A stretch of DNA of 64,000 nucleotides from an uncultured delta proteobacterium. GTDB lineage: Bacteria > Myxococcota > Myxococcia > Myxococcales > Anaeromyxobacteraceae. The notes beneath the pieces were generated by a model. That model saw nothing but the letters and a program-made list of their open reading frames with translations, was not told the DNA's origin and ran no database searches. Position 1 is the stretch's first letter. Every line of letters begins with the position of its first letter. Made by a program: the position numbers and the translations under genes. The DNA lies in NCBI GenBank assembly GCA_963828255.1, contig CAWHDZ010000026.1:49509-113508 (forward strand), in the 5' to 3' direction. Of this stretch, positions 41,143 to 52,687 are shown piece after piece.

Positions 41143-41978
41143 TCTCCGGGCGCACCACCCTCTTCGCGGTCATCGGCTCGCCGGTGGACCACAGCCTCTC
41201 CCCGGCCATGCAGAACGCCGCCTTCGCGGCCATCGGCTTCGACGGCGCCTACGTGGCCCTGCCGGTCTCCGCCGGCGAGCTCGCGCAGGCGGTCCAGGGC
41301 GCCCGGGCGCTCGGATTCGGCGGCCTGAACGTCACCGTCCCGCACAAGGAGGCGGTGGTGCCCCTCTGCGCCTCCCTCGACGACGTGGCGGCCCAGGTCG
41401 GGGCGGTGAACGTGCTGGCCCGCCACGCCCGCGGCTGGGCCGGCTTCAACACCGACGCACCGGCGGTGCGGGGGCTGCTCACCGACGCCGGGATCGGACC
41501 CCAGTCCCGGGCGCTGGTGCTGGGAGCCGGCGGCGCGGCCCGGGCCGCCATCTGGGCGCTCGTCGCCATGGGGGCGAACGTGCGGGTCTCGGCGAGGCGC
41601 GCCGGGAGCGCCGACGCCCTGGCCCGCGACATGACCCGCACCCTGGAGCTGCCGGAGGGGTCGATCCGCACGGTGGACTGGGAGGGCGTGGCGCCCGAGG
41701 CCATCCAGTCCGACGCCATCGTGAACGCCACCACGGTCGGCCTGGCGAGCCACGCCGGCGAGCTGCCCGCGCTGGCCTGGAAGACCGGGCAGGTGGCGCT
41801 CGACTTCGTCTACGGGGAGACCGCCTTCGCCCGCTCGGCCCGGGGCAGCGGGGCCCGGCTGGTCACCGGCGAGCAGGTGCTGGTGCGCCAGGGCGCGCTG
41901 GCCTTCAAGATCTGGCTCGGCCGCTCCGCGCCCGAGGACGTGATGGCGAAGGCCATCGTGCGGCACGGAGGGAGGTGA
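41139..41978 (+). CDS. aroE: Shikimate dehydrogenase
   Basis: [31 protein letters not shown]. Confidence 0.93.
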   Translation: MISGRTTLFAVIGSPVDHSLSPAMQNAAFAAIGFDGAYVALPVSAGELAQAVQGARALGFGGLNVTVPHKEAVVPLCASLDDVAAQVGAVNVLARHARGWAGFNTDAPAVRGLLTDAGIGPQSRALVLGAGGAARAAIWALVAMGANVRVSARRAGSADALARDMTRTLELPEGSIRTVDWEGVAPEAIQSDAIVNATTVGLASHAGELPALAWKTGQVALDFVYGETAFARSARGSGARLVTGEQVLVRQGALAFKIWLGRSAPEDVMAKAIVRHGGR

Positions 41979-41980
41979 CC

Positions 41981-43126
41981 ATGGCGTTGCGCTATCTCAC
42001 GGCGGGTGAATCCCACGGGCCGGCGCTCTGCGCCATCGCCGAGGGCTTCCCGGCCGGCCTCCACCTCGACCTCGCCCGCGTGGACGCGGAGCTGGCCCGC
42101 CGCCAGAAGGGGTACGGGCGCGGCGGCCGCATGCAGATCGAGACCGACCGGGCCCAGTTCCTCTCCGGGATCCGGGGCGGGGTGACGATGGGGACCCCCA
42201 TCGCGCTCGTGGTCTGGAACAAGGACCACGAGAACTGGAAGAGCCTCATGTCGCCGGACGCGCGCGGCGGGCCGCGCTTCACCCGGCCTCGCCCCGGCCA
42301 CGCCGACCTGCCCGGCGTCCAGAAGTACGGCTTCGACGACGCCCGGGATGCACTGGAGCGGGCCAGTGCCCGGTCCACGGCCGCGACCGTCGCGCTCGGG
42401 GCGCTGGCCCGCCAGCTCCTCGGCCGCTTCGGCATCGAGGTCTCGTCCCGCGTGACCGCCATCGGCGAGCGCTCCGTCCGCGGCGACGGACCACCCACGG
42501 CGGAGGAGAAGACCGCCATCGAGGCCTCCGACGTCCGCACCGCCGACCCCGCGCTCGCCGGGGAGTGGCGCGCCATCGTCGATCGGGAGAAGGCGCGGGG
42601 TGGCTCCATCGGCGGCGCCTTCGAGATCTGGGCCACCGGGCTCCCCCCCGGCCTCGGCACCTACGCCCACCCGGATCGCCGCCTCGACGGACGGCTCGCC
42701 GGCGCGCTCTGCGCCATCCCGGCCATCCGCGCCGTGGAGCTCGGAGAGGGGACCCGGGTGGACCTCCCCGGCGACCGGTTCCACGACGCCATCCAGCACT
42801 CGGCCGAGCGGGGGTTCCACCGCGCCACCAACCGGGCCGGCGGCATCGAGGGGGGCATGACCAACGGCGAGCCGGTCTGCGTCCGGGCCTTCATGAAACC
42901 CATCCCCACCATGACCACCCCGCTCGGCACGGTGGACCTGGACACCCGCGAGCCGGCCATGGCCCGCTACGAGCGCAGCGACGTCTGCGCCGTCCCGGCC
43001 GCATCGGTGGTGGGGGAGGCGGTGGTCTGCTGGGAGCTCGCCTGCGTCTTCCTCGAGAAGTTCGGGGGGGACGCCGTCGCCGACATCGAGAAGGCGGTCA
43101 CGGCCTATGCCGCTCGGATCGGATGA
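41981..43126 (+). CDS. aroC: Chorismate synthase
   Basis: [38 protein letters not shown]. Confidence 0.96.
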   Translation: MALRYLTAGESHGPALCAIAEGFPAGLHLDLARVDAELARRQKGYGRGGRMQIETDRAQFLSGIRGGVTMGTPIALVVWNKDHENWKSLMSPDARGGPRFTRPRPGHADLPGVQKYGFDDARDALERASARSTAATVALGALARQLLGRFGIEVSSRVTAIGERSVRGDGPPTAEEKTAIEASDVRTADPALAGEWRAIVDREKARGGSIGGAFEIWATGLPPGLGTYAHPDRRLDGRLAGALCAIPAIRAVELGEGTRVDLPGDRFHDAIQHSAERGFHRATNRAGGIEGGMTNGEPVCVRAFMKPIPTMTTPLGTVDLDTREPAMARYERSDVCAVPAASVVGEAVVCWELACVFLEKFGGDAVADIEKAVTAYAARIG

Positions 43127-43604
43127 GACCGTCTCCCTGGCGGGGATGATGGGATCGGGCAAGTCCACCGTGGCCCGCGAGCTCGGCCGCCTGCTCGGCC
43201 GGCGCGTCGTCGACACCGACCAGGAGGTCGAGCGGCGCGCCCGCCGGACGGTTGCGCAGATCTTCGCCGAGCGCGGCGAGCCCGCCTTCCGGGCGCTGGA
43301 GCGGGAGGTGGTGCGCGGTCTCTCCGGGCCGCTGGTGGTCGCGCTGGGGGGCGGCGCGTTCTGCGATTCCGGCAACGCCGAGCACCTCGTCCGGGTGGGA
43401 AGGGTGATCTTCCTCGACGTCTCCCGGGCCGAGGCGGCCCGGCGCATGGGCGAGGGGGACGACCGCCCGCTGGCGCGGCGATGGGAGGAGCTGCTGCGGG
43501 CGAGGCTTTCCCTCTACCGCCGGGCCGCCCTCGCCGTCCGGGTCGATGGCGCGACGTCCGACGCGGTGGCCCGCCGCGTGGCCGGGCTCATGGGGACTCC
43601 GTGA
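43107..43604 (+). CDS. aroK: Shikimate kinase
   Basis: [26 protein letters not shown]. Confidence 0.92.
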   Translation: MPLGSDETVSLAGMMGSGKSTVARELGRLLGRRVVDTDQEVERRARRTVAQIFAERGEPAFRALEREVVRGLSGPLVVALGGGAFCDSGNAEHLVRVGRVIFLDVSRAEAARRMGEGDDRPLARRWEELLRARLSLYRRAALAVRVDGATSDAVARRVAGLMGTP

Positions 43605-44677
43605 GCACGATCCTCGAGGCCCGGCAGCAGGGGCACGCCTACCAGGTGGCGGTCGGGCCGGCGGCCCGGCGCATCGCCGGGTTCACGGAGGGTCGAGACC
43701 GGGTCGCGCTCGTCACCTGCGCCCGCGTGCTCGCCACCCCGCACGGGGAGCGGTTCGCCGCCGCGCTGGCCCGGGCGGCCCCCCTCGCCGTCACCGTGAT
43801 CCTCCCCGACGGGGAGCGCGGCAAGACCCTGGCCGTCCTGGAGCGCTCGGCCACCAGGCTGATGCGCGCCGGCCTGACCCGGCGCAGCCTCCTCCTGGGG
43901 CTGGGCGGGGGGGCGGTCACCGACGCGGCCGGCTTCCTCGCGGCCGTCTTCATGCGCGGGATCGACTGGCTCGCCGTCCCCACCACGGTCCTCGCCATGG
44001 TGGACGCGGCGCTGGGGGGCAAGACCGCGGTGAACCTGCCGCTCTCCAAGAACGCGGTGGGCGCCTTCCACCCCCCGGTGGGCGTGCTCGCCGACCCGGC
44101 CTCGCTCGCCACCCTCCCTCCCCGGGAGCTGCGCAGCGGTCTCGGGGAGGTCCTGAAGTACGGATTCCTCCGGCCGGAGATCCTGCCGGGGCTCGCCGCC
44201 GAGGCCCGGGCCGGCCGGGCCGGGGAGCGCACCATCGCCTCGTGTGCGGGGGTGAAGCTCGAGATCGTGGAGCGGGACCCCCGGGAGAAGGGCGAGCGGA
44301 AGCTCCTCAACCTGGGGCACACCTTCGGCCACGGGGTCGAGGCGGCCGGAGGGTTCAGCCGCTTCACGCACGGGGAGTCGGTGGCCATCGGGATGGCCTT
44401 CGCCTTCCGGCTGGCGCGGGTGCTCGGGAGGGTGGGAACTTCCGAGGTCGAGATGGTCGAAACGGTCTTGCGTGGGGCGGGCCTTCCCGTGTCTGTCGAC
44501 CCTTCCGCTGCGCGGAAGGCTCGACTGCTCATGACCCACGACAAGAAACGCTCGGCGGCGGGGCTGCTCTGGGTGCTGCCGATTCGCCGCCCCGGCGGCT
44601 GGGCGGTAGAGTGGGACGTCGTCGCCGACCCCGCTGCAGTCCGGGAGGCGGCGCGGGAGATCGGGAGGGCGGGATGA
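43601..44677 (+). CDS. aroB: 3-dehydroquinate synthase
   Basis: DGERGKT, GGGAVTD, PTTVLAMVDAALGGKT, LNLGHTFGH, HGE. Confidence 0.94.
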   Translation: MSTILEARQQGHAYQVAVGPAARRIAGFTEGRDRVALVTCARVLATPHGERFAAALARAAPLAVTVILPDGERGKTLAVLERSATRLMRAGLTRRSLLLGLGGGAVTDAAGFLAAVFMRGIDWLAVPTTVLAMVDAALGGKTAVNLPLSKNAVGAFHPPVGVLADPASLATLPPRELRSGLGEVLKYGFLRPEILPGLAAEARAGRAGERTIASCAGVKLEIVERDPREKGERKLLNLGHTFGHGVEAAGGFSRFTHGESVAIGMAFAFRLARVLGRVGTSEVEMVETVLRGAGLPVSVDPSAARKARLLMTHDKKRSAAGLLWVLPIRRPGGWAVEWDVVADPAAVREAAREIGRAG

Positions 44678-45210
44678 TCCTGCTGTTGAACGGACCGAAC
44701 CTGAACCTGCTCGGGGAGCGGGAGCCGGTGCTCTACGGCTCCACCACCCTCCGTGACATCGAGCGCATGGTCACCGAGACCTGCGCGGCCTACGGCCGCG
44801 AGGTGCGGTGCTACCAGTCGAACCACGAGGGCGCCCTCATCGATTTCGTCCAGGAGCACCGCAAGGAGGCCCGCGGCCTGATCGTCAATCCCGGGGCCTT
44901 CACCCACTCGAGCTACGCGCTGCACGACTGCCTGAAGTCGATCTCCTTCCCGGTGGTCGAGGTGCACGTCACCAACGTCCACGCCCGCGAGGAGTGGCGG
45001 CGCCAGGACCTCATCGCACCGGCCACCCGCGGGCAGATCGTGGGGCTCGGCCCGGCCGGCTACTACTACGCCGCGGTCTGGCTCTGCAGCCAGGCCGCCG
45101 ACCCGGTCCTCGGCGAGTACGACGCCGACGCGGAGCCGGTCGAGGCCTCCCCGGACGACGTCAAGGCCGACGAGACGCCGCCCCCCGTCGGCGGCGACTA
45201 CGAGGGATAG
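44674..45210 (+). CDS. aroQ: Type II 3-dehydroquinate dehydratase with acidic C-terminal tail
   Basis: NGPNLNLLGERE..YG, QSNHEG, NPGAFTH, EVH. Confidence 0.94.
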   Translation: MILLLNGPNLNLLGEREPVLYGSTTLRDIERMVTETCAAYGREVRCYQSNHEGALIDFVQEHRKEARGLIVNPGAFTHSSYALHDCLKSISFPVVEVHVTNVHAREEWRRQDLIAPATRGQIVGLGPAGYYYAAVWLCSQAADPVLGEYDADAEPVEASPDDVKADETPPPVGGDYEG

Positions 45211-45218
45211 CGGGCCCG

Positions 45219-46223
45219 ATGCCCCGGGCGGCCGTCCTGCTGCCGGCCCGCGACGCCGCGGCCACCGTGCGCGCGGCCGCCATCTCCATCCTGCGGCAGG
45301 GATTCCGCGACCTCGCGCTCGTGGCCGTGGACGACGGCTCGACCGACGGCACCGGCGAGATCCTCGAGGCGCTCTCCCGGCGCGACCGGCGGGTCCGGGT
45401 GATCCACGGGCCGGGGGAGGGGATCGCCTCCGCCCTGAACCGGGGGCTGGCCCGCTGCGACGCAGAGGTGGTGGTGCGGATGGACGCCGACGACGTGGCT
45501 CATCCACGAAGGGTGGAAAGGCAGGTCGCGGCCCTCGAGGCGGATCCGTCGCTCGCCGCGGTGGGGTCCCGCGTCCGGCTCTTCCCGCGGGGCGACGTGG
45601 CGGGGGGGATGACCCGCTACGCCGCCTGGTTGAACGGGCTCGTGACCCCGGAGCTCGTGGCCCGGGACCTGCTCGTCGAGGCGCCCCTCGTCCACCCGGC
45701 CTCGGCCATCCGTCGCCGGGTGCTCGCCGACGCAGGGGGCTTTCGCGACGGCGACTTCCCGGAGGACTACGACCTCTGGCTGCGCCTCTCCGCCGCCGGA
45801 CACCGGCTCTCGAACCTCCCCGAGGTCCTGCTCGACTGGCGCGAGTCGCCCTCCCGGCTCACCCGGACCGACGGCCGCTACGCCATCGCCCGCCACGTGG
45901 CGCTCAAGGCGGCCTGGCTGGCCGAGGGCCCGCTCTCCGACCGCCGCGAGGTGGCGATGTGGGGCGCGGGCGAGACCGGCCGGGCCTTCGCCCGCGCGCT
46001 CTCGGGGCACGGCGTCCGCGTCGTGCTCTTCCTCGAGGTGGACCGGAAGAAGATCGGCCGGACCGTGCTCGGGACGCCGGTGGTCTCCTACGAGGAGGTG
46101 GAGCGGGCGCGCGGGCTCCCGCTCCTCGTCGCCGTCGGGGCGCCCGGGGCGCGGGAACTCATCCGCGCCGAGCTCGGCCGCAGGGGCTTCGAGGAGATCC
46201 GCGACTACCGCTGCGTGGCCTGA
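45219..46223 (+). CDS. GT2 glycosyltransferase with C-terminal Rossmann-like domain
   Basis: VDDGSTDGT, RMDADD, EDYDLWLR; WGAGETG at the C-terminus. Confidence 0.88.
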   Translation: MPRAAVLLPARDAAATVRAAAISILRQGFRDLALVAVDDGSTDGTGEILEALSRRDRRVRVIHGPGEGIASALNRGLARCDAEVVVRMDADDVAHPRRVERQVAALEADPSLAAVGSRVRLFPRGDVAGGMTRYAAWLNGLVTPELVARDLLVEAPLVHPASAIRRRVLADAGGFRDGDFPEDYDLWLRLSAAGHRLSNLPEVLLDWRESPSRLTRTDGRYAIARHVALKAAWLAEGPLSDRREVAMWGAGETGRAFARALSGHGVRVVLFLEVDRKKIGRTVLGTPVVSYEEVERARGLPLLVAVGAPGARELIRAELGRRGFEEIRDYRCVA

Positions 46224-46230
46224 TGGCGCC

Positions 46231-49200
46231 TCACCGGCTCAGTGCCGTCTTGGGCGCGAGCCGCTTCTTCATGGCCTTGGCCTCGGCGAGGCGCGGCAGG
46301 TCGGGGTCGGCGCGCTGCCAGAGCCGGAGCAGCTCGTCCACCCGCTCGCGGGCCCGTGCCCTGTCCCCAATCCGCTCGTAGGCCACCGCCAGCAGGTACA
46401 GGCCGGTCGCACGGAGGGTCGCCATGGAAGACACGAAGGGCGTGAAACCGATCGCGCGCGCCTGCTCGAGCGCGGCGATGGCGGCCTCGTTCCGTCCCCG
46501 GGCGAGCTCGACCTCGCCGAGCACGGTGAGAGCCTTGAAGCGGGCGTCGGCGTAGGGGATCCCCGGCGCGATCCGGAGCCGATCGGCCGCGGCGTCGAGG
46601 TCCCCCTTCTTCCAGGCCACGATTCCGTCGAACAGGGGGCGCACGTATGCTGGGTACTCCGACGCGTAGGGGCTCGAGAAGATCGCGGGCGCCATGGCTT
46701 CCGCTCCCGCCGGGTCACCGGAGAGCGCTCGGGCCAGGGCCAGGTCGAGCAGGAACTGTGGGCGGGTCTCCGCCCCGACTCGGTCCACGGCCTTCGCCGC
46801 GTCCCGGTAGTCCGAGGGCGAGCAGGTCGCGAAGGCGAACCCCAGCGCCCCGCTCGCGAGCTCGCGGCCACCGATCCCTGCCGCTTCCATCGACTGGATG
46901 ACCTTGCGCGCGTCCCGCAGGCGGCCCTGGTAGACGAGCAGGTCCACGAGGGTGTTGTGGAGGGCGACCCGCTCCGTCGCCACGGTCATGACCTTCGGGG
47001 GGATCCCTTCCTTCGGCGTCGCCGCGGCTCCCGGGTCAGGCGGCGGCAGGGTGTCGAGCGCCCTGCGGACGTGCGCCTCGGCCTCGTGGGCGCCCCCGTG
47101 GTAGGCGAGATAGTGGGCCAGAAACGGCGGGTAGGCGACGAGCCCGTCCTTCTCGGTGGCCTTCGCGTAGGCCAGGAGAGCCTCCTCGCGCCGGTCCACG
47201 GCCAGGAGCCCGCGCCCCACCGAGCGGTAGGCCTCGGGGGAATGGGTTCGCTCGGCCCAGCGGCGCGCCAGCGCGAGGAAATCGGTCCGGCGGTCGAGGG
47301 CGGCATAGGCGATGAGGGTGTGCTCCTCGGCCAGCGCGTACCCCGGGTCGAGCTTGAGCGCCCGCTCGAAGTAGGGGATCGCCGCCGGCCTGTCGCCGGT
47401 GTGGAAGCGGATGTCGCCCGCCCAGAAGACCGCCTCCTTGTCCTGGGGCCAGCGCTCCGCCGCCTCGTCGCGCAGGCGCAGCGCCTCGCCGTTCCGCTTC
47501 TCCCAGGTGGCCTTCCAGGCGAGCAGGGCCAGCCGCTCCTTGTCGGGGAGCCGGTCGGCGAGCCGCACCGCCGTGTCGAGGTGCTGCTGCGCGCCCTGGA
47601 GCGAGGCCTCGTCCGACCAGCCCGGCTTCACCGTCCAGGCGTCGAGGACCGCAGTCTGGTAGTGGGCCAGCGCGAACTGCGGGTCCACCTTCAGCGCCGC
47701 CGTGAGCTCGGTCCGCGCCTCGTCGAAGCGCGCCTGGTCGAGCGCCTGGCGCCCCTTGAAGTAGTGCTCGTAGGCGGCCAGGTTCGTCGTGGTCACGTCG
47801 GCGACGCCCCGGCCGCCGGCCACGTCGGCGGGGCGCTCCCGCAGCTGCTCGCGCGCCCGGGAGGAGAGCCGGTCGATCATGGCCGGGATGCTGCCCTTCC
47901 CCTTCCCGTCCTCCTTGAGCGTGAAGAGGTACTCGTCGGTGGCCGGGTCGAGCGCCCGCATCTCGATGGCGTAGACGTCGTCGAAGCGGTGGACCGTGGC
48001 GAGGAGCAGCGCCTTCACCCCCGCCGCCTTCCCCACCTCGCGCGCCAGGGACTCGTCGATGCGGTCGGGGACCTCCTTGCCCGTCTGGCGGACCAGGTCG
48101 GCGAGGCGGGACCGGGTGAGCACGGTGAGCCGCTTCGACTGCTCGAGGGAGGTGGTGAGCATCCCCGACAGGCCGTTCAGCTCCGGGTCGGAGGTGCCGT
48201 TCTGGAAGTCGGCCACCGCCACGGGGATGCGCTGGCCCGGAGCGAGATCCCTGACCTGGAGGGCGCGGGAGGCCAGGAAGGCGACGAGCGCGACCAGCCC
48301 CACCAGCGCCCCGGCCAGGACCACGCGCTTCCTGGTCCGGCCCGCCTCGGTGGCGGTCCGCTGCTCGAGGAGGGACTCGAGCACCACGGCGCCGTCGCGG
48401 GGGCGGTCGTCCCGGGAGCGGGACATCGAGCGCCGCACCAGCATCCGCACGTTGCGTGGAGCGGAGCCCGCCGGCAGCTCAGGCACCGGGCCGTCGTCGA
48501 GCGCCGTGCTCCGCCCCGACTCGACCGCGAAGGGGCGGTTGCCGGTGAGCATCTCGTGGAGCATCACGCCCAGGGCGAAGACGTCGGTGCGCTCGTCCTC
48601 CGCATCGCGCCTCCACTGCTCCGGGGCCATGTACGCAGGCGTCCCGCCCTCCGGGCCGCTGCCCGACCCGAAGACCCGGGAGAGGCCGAAGTCGAGGATC
48701 TTCACGGCCCCGTCGTCGCAGAGGAAGACGTTGGAGGGCTTGAGATCCCGGTGGAGCACGCCGGCGCGGTGGGCGTGGGCCAGGCCCCGGGCGATCTCGG
48801 TGGCCACCCGGAGCGCCTCGGGGCCGGTGAGCGCGCCGCGGTGCAGCCGCGCCTCCAGGGTCTCGCCGCGCAGGAGTTCCAGGACGAGCCAGCCCTCGCC
48901 TCCGGCGCTGCCCAGGTCGTGGACCGTGACGATGTTGGGGTGGTGGAGCGCCGCCGCCGCCTCGGCCTCGGCGCGGAGAATGCCCGGGTCCACGCCGCGC
49001 CGGGCCCGGACCACCTTCACGGCGACGAGCCGGCCGAGCTCCCGGTCCCGCGCCTCGAAGACGACGCCGAAGCCTCCCCTCCCCAGCTCGCGGAGCACCT
49101 CGAAGCGCCCCCCGATCACGGTCCCCGGGTCGATGCCGGTGCCAGGGCGCACCTCGGGGGCCTCCGCAAGTTCCTCGAGGAGCGCGGACATCGACCCGGG

Positions 49201-49242
49201 CTTCGGACCACCCGATGGCTTGGCTTCCTCGCCGGCGATCAC
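46231..49242 (-). CDS. Membrane Ser/Thr protein kinase with extracytoplasmic TPR region
   Basis: GRGGFG, VAVK, HRDLKPSN, DFG, GTPAYMAPE, one TM, TPR-like repeats; start chosen by GAGGAG RBS. Confidence 0.9.
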   Translation of the reverse strand: MIAGEEAKPSGGPKPGSMSALLEELAEAPEVRPGTGIDPGTVIGGRFEVLRELGRGGFGVVFEARDRELGRLVAVKVVRARRGVDPGILRAEAEAAAALHHPNIVTVHDLGSAGGEGWLVLELLRGETLEARLHRGALTGPEALRVATEIARGLAHAHRAGVLHRDLKPSNVFLCDDGAVKILDFGLSRVFGSGSGPEGGTPAYMAPEQWRRDAEDERTDVFALGVMLHEMLTGNRPFAVESGRSTALDDGPVPELPAGSAPRNVRMLVRRSMSRSRDDRPRDGAVVLESLLEQRTATEAGRTRKRVVLAGALVGLVALVAFLASRALQVRDLAPGQRIPVAVADFQNGTSDPELNGLSGMLTTSLEQSKRLTVLTRSRLADLVRQTGKEVPDRIDESLAREVGKAAGVKALLLATVHRFDDVYAIEMRALDPATDEYLFTLKEDGKGKGSIPAMIDRLSSRAREQLRERPADVAGGRGVADVTTTNLAAYEHYFKGRQALDQARFDEARTELTAALKVDPQFALAHYQTAVLDAWTVKPGWSDEASLQGAQQHLDTAVRLADRLPDKERLALLAWKATWEKRNGEALRLRDEAAERWPQDKEAVFWAGDIRFHTGDRPAAIPYFERALKLDPGYALAEEHTLIAYAALDRRTDFLALARRWAERTHSPEAYRSVGRGLLAVDRREEALLAYAKATEKDGLVAYPPFLAHYLAYHGGAHEAEAHVRRALDTLPPPDPGAAATPKEGIPPKVMTVATERVALHNTLVDLLVYQGRLRDARKVIQSMEAAGIGGRELASGALGFAFATCSPSDYRDAAKAVDRVGAETRPQFLLDLALARALSGDPAGAEAMAPAIFSSPYASEYPAYVRPLFDGIVAWKKGDLDAAADRLRIAPGIPYADARFKALTVLGEVELARGRNEAAIAALEQARAIGFTPFVSSMATLRATGLYLLAVAYERIGDRARARERVDELLRLWQRADPDLPRLAEAKAMKKRLAPKTALSR

Positions 49243-49347
49243 GGCACCGCCTCTCCTCGAGCAGACCTCGAGCATACGTCGAAGGGCGCGACGCAGGTAG
49301 AACGGACGGACGGGCCGGGAATTTCGCTGGTCGGGGTCCCGCAAGGG

Positions 49348-49518
49348 TCAGGAAAAAGATGTGACGGCGAGCCGGACCAGCCCCAGGCGCACCGCCAGGG
49401 CCCCGGCGATGACGACGAGCGCCACCACGACGGCCACGTCCTTCAGGCCGTCGCAGCGGCAGAGCGAGCGAAGCAGCCGTTCGGGATCGCGAAACGGCCG
49501 GACCCGGGCCAGCATCAT
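49348..49518 (-). CDS. Small single-TM hypothetical protein (56 aa)
   Basis: Purine-rich RBS GGGGAGAGG; hydrophobic VAVVVALVVIAGALAV. Confidence 0.45.
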   Translation of the reverse strand: MMLARVRPFRDPERLLRSLCRCDGLKDVAVVVALVVIAGALAVRLGLVRLAVTSFS

Positions 49519-49593
49519 GACCTCTCCCCTTTCCCCGCAGGAGAGGAGGGGCGTCCGGGCCGTTTGTGACATCCCCGGGGGAAGTCCCAGGGA

Positions 49594-51651
49594 TCAGTCG
49601 AGCTTTGGCTGCGACTTCCTGCCGGCACGGAAGAGCAGGAGCCCCAGCCCGGCGAAGCAGGCGACCCCGAGCAGGGTGAAGCCTCCGTGGCCGATGACCC
49701 GGGCGATGGCCGGCTCCATGTTCAGGTTGGAGGAGAGGAAGCGCTCCACGTTCTCGTTCACCTGGAGGAGCGCCACCACCACGCCGGTGAGGGCGCCGCC
49801 GGCGACGAGTCCGGTGGCCATGAGCGAGCCGCCCCCCAGCTCGGAGTCCTCGGCCTCCCCGCCCTTGCGCTTCGTGGACCAGTCGGCGAGCCCCTTCACC
49901 ACGCCGCCCGCGAAGATGGGGAGCGTGGTGGAGAGCGGCAGGTAGAGGCCGACGGCGAAGGAGAGGGCCTTCACGCCGCAGAGCTCCATGGTGATGGAGA
50001 AGAAGACCCCCACCAGCACGAAGACCCAGTCGAGGTTCAGGGAGAGCAGCCCCTTGATGAGCGTCGCCATGAGGGTTCCCTGCGGGGCGGGGAACTTCTC
50101 GGTGCCGATGGCGTGGGTGATGCCCTTGGCGAGCTGGTCGGCGCTCGGGGTGTCGAGCACCTTCACCGTGAGTCCGATGACGACCGCCGAGGCGATGGCG
50201 CCCACGAAGAGGGCGATCTGCTGGGCGCGCGGGGTGGCGCCGATGAGGTAGCCGGTCTTGAGATCCTGGGAGGTGGCCCCGGCGTTGGCTGCGGCGATGC
50301 ACACCATGCCGCCCACCACGAGCGCCATGGGCTCGTAGGCCGAGCCGGTCCAGCCCAGCCCCACGAAGACCATGGCGGTGGCCATGAGCGTGGCGATGGT
50401 CATGCCGGAGATGGGGTTCGACGACGAGCCGATGAGCCCGACGATGCGCGAGGAGACGGTCACGAAGATGAAGCCGAAGACGATGACCAGCACCGCCACC
50501 AGGATCTTGTTGAGGATGGTCTCGCCGGGGACGAAGGGCAGCGCCACGAGGACGATCACGAGCCCCAGGCTGCCGGCGATGACGGTGACGAAGGAGAGGT
50601 CGCGATCGGTGCGCTTGGTCTCGTGGGCGGCGGTCTTGTCGGAGAGGGAGCGGATGGAGTCGCGGAGCGACGTGTAGATGGTGGGCAGCGTCTTCACAAG
50701 CGTGATGAAGCCGCCGGCGGCCACGGCGCCTGCGCCGATCTGGCGGACGTAGGCCCGGTAGATGGCGTTGGCGGTGTTCCCGAAGGTGTGGGAGACGGGA
50801 TCCCAGCCGAAGCCGGCCGGGTTGCTGCCCACCTTGACGAGCTGGGCGTAGACGATGTCGCCCGGGACCAGGAAGCCGAGGAGCGGGATGAGTCCCAGCC
50901 AGGCGAGCACGCCGCCGGCCACCAGCACGCCGGCGATCTTGGGGCCGATGATGTAGCCCACGCCCATGTACTCCGGGGTGATCTCGCCGTTCACGGTGGC
51001 GTTGGGCAGCCACTTGTTGGTGCGGGAGGTGACCCAGGCCGGGGTCTCGGCGATGACGTGGAAGACCTTCTGGAGGATGGCGTAGGCGACCGCGATGCCC
51101 ACGCCCTGGAAGGCGGTCTTGGCGAAGTCGCCGCCCTTCTCGCCGGCGATGAGCACCGACGCGCAGGCCGCGCCCTCCGGGTACTTGAGCTCCTCGTGCT
51201 CCTTCACGATGAGCGAGCGGCGCAGCGGGATCATCATGAGGACGCCGAGGATGCCGCCCACCAGCGAGAGCGTGAAGAGCGTGGCGTAGTTGAAGTAGCC
51301 GGCCCCCACCGAGATGCCGTCCGGGCCCGTGGAGAGGAAGAGGAATCCCGGGAGGGTGAAGACCACGCCGGCCGCGATCGACTCGCCTGCCGAGCCGGCG
51401 GTCTGGATGATGTTGTTCTCGAGGATGGTGGTCTTGAGGAGCTTTCGCCCCAGCGAGATGGCGATGACCGCGATGGGGATCGAGGCCGAGACGGTGAGGC
51501 CGGCCTTGAGCGCGAGGTAGACCGTGGAAGCGCCGAAGAGGATGCCGAACAGCGCGCCGGTCACCACCGCCTTCACGGTGAACTCGGGGATGACCTGGTC
51601 GGCGGAGATGTAGGGCTTGAATCCGGCCGGGCCGGAAGTGGTGTCGCTCAT
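49594..51651 (-). CDS. OPT-family oligopeptide transporter
   Basis: [42 protein letters not shown]. Confidence 0.93.
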   Translation of the reverse strand: MSDTTSGPAGFKPYISADQVIPEFTVKAVVTGALFGILFGASTVYLALKAGLTVSASIPIAVIAISLGRKLLKTTILENNIIQTAGSAGESIAAGVVFTLPGFLFLSTGPDGISVGAGYFNYATLFTLSLVGGILGVLMMIPLRRSLIVKEHEELKYPEGAACASVLIAGEKGGDFAKTAFQGVGIAVAYAILQKVFHVIAETPAWVTSRTNKWLPNATVNGEITPEYMGVGYIIGPKIAGVLVAGGVLAWLGLIPLLGFLVPGDIVYAQLVKVGSNPAGFGWDPVSHTFGNTANAIYRAYVRQIGAGAVAAGGFITLVKTLPTIYTSLRDSIRSLSDKTAAHETKRTDRDLSFVTVIAGSLGLVIVLVALPFVPGETILNKILVAVLVIVFGFIFVTVSSRIVGLIGSSSNPISGMTIATLMATAMVFVGLGWTGSAYEPMALVVGGMVCIAAANAGATSQDLKTGYLIGATPRAQQIALFVGAIASAVVIGLTVKVLDTPSADQLAKGITHAIGTEKFPAPQGTLMATLIKGLLSLNLDWVFVLVGVFFSITMELCGVKALSFAVGLYLPLSTTLPIFAGGVVKGLADWSTKRKGGEAEDSELGGGSLMATGLVAGGALTGVVVALLQVNENVERFLSSNLNMEPAIARVIGHGGFTLLGVACFAGLGLLLFRAGRKSQPKLD

Positions 51652-51762
51652 CGGCTGGGACTCCCTCCGGGAACGGCGGCAGGCCGCTCCACGGGGCGGG
51701 AAGAAAGCACGTTTCCCGGCCGGATTCCACCCGGGAGGGTCGAGTGCCCTGACCCAGGGGCA

Positions 51763-52671
51763 CTAGGATCCGGCGGGCCCGACCAGCGCGTCCCGGACGG
51801 CGGCCAGGTCGGCGGGAACCGGCGCCTCGAAGGCCGTCCGCGCACCGGTGGCGGGGTGGTCCACCTCGAGCCGCAGCGCGTGGAGCATCACCCGGGGTAC
51901 GGGGAGATCTCCCACCATGCGGGGGCCGCCGTAGCGGGAGTCCCCGAGGAGCGGCGCCCCCAGCGCGGCGAGGTGGACGCGGATCTGGTGGGTGCGCCCG
52001 GTCTCGGGCCGGGCCTCGACGAGCGCCGCGCCTCCCGGGCCGACCGCGAGCGTGCGGTAGCGGGTCGCCGCCGCGTCGCCCCCGGGAGAGACGGCGCGCC
52101 GCCCTGGCCGGAGCGGGTCCTTCCCGAGGGGGGCGTCGATGCGCCCGTCGGCCGGCGTGGGCGCTCGGGCGCACAGCGCCAGGTAGGTCTTCTCCGGGGT
52201 CCCGTCGCGGAAGGCTGCGGCGAGGACCCGCTCGGCGTCGGCGGTGCGGGCCAGGATGGTGACGCCGCTCGTCTCCCGGTCGAGCCGGTGGACGAGGCGG
52301 GCCGGGGAGCCCAGCAGCGCGGTGACGAGCTCGGGAAGGTGGCCGCGGTCGGAGGTGAGGGTGGGCTGCGACGGCACGCCGGCGGGCTTGTCCACCACCG
52401 CGACCCAGTCGTCGGCGAAGAGGAGGCGCGAACGGTCCAGCGGTGGCGCGGCGTCGGCCCCGCGCCCGGCCTCCTCCAGGTTGACCGTGACCTTGTTGCC
52501 GCGGTGCAGGATGCGCCCCGAGACCTTGATGCGCTTGCCGTCGAGGAAGACCCCGCCCCGCTCCAGGACCCGGCGGGCCTCGCCGCGGGAGATGCCGCCC
52601 CGGGCGGCGATGAAGCGGTCGATCCGCTCGCCGTCGTCGGCGGGTCCGGCGGCGAGGGTGAGGCGCTTCAC
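51763..52671 (-). CDS. RluA/RluD-family pseudouridine synthase with S4 domain
   Basis: DKPAG, HRLDRETSG, TGRTHQIRVH, LHA. Confidence 0.93.
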   Translation of the reverse strand: MKRLTLAAGPADDGERIDRFIAARGGISRGEARRVLERGGVFLDGKRIKVSGRILHRGNKVTVNLEEAGRGADAAPPLDRSRLLFADDWVAVVDKPAGVPSQPTLTSDRGHLPELVTALLGSPARLVHRLDRETSGVTILARTADAERVLAAAFRDGTPEKTYLALCARAPTPADGRIDAPLGKDPLRPGRRAVSPGGDAAATRYRTLAVGPGGAALVEARPETGRTHQIRVHLAALGAPLLGDSRYGGPRMVGDLPVPRVMLHALRLEVDHPATGARTAFEAPVPADLAAVRDALVGPAGS

Positions 52672-52687
52672 GGGTGGGCCCGGGACA

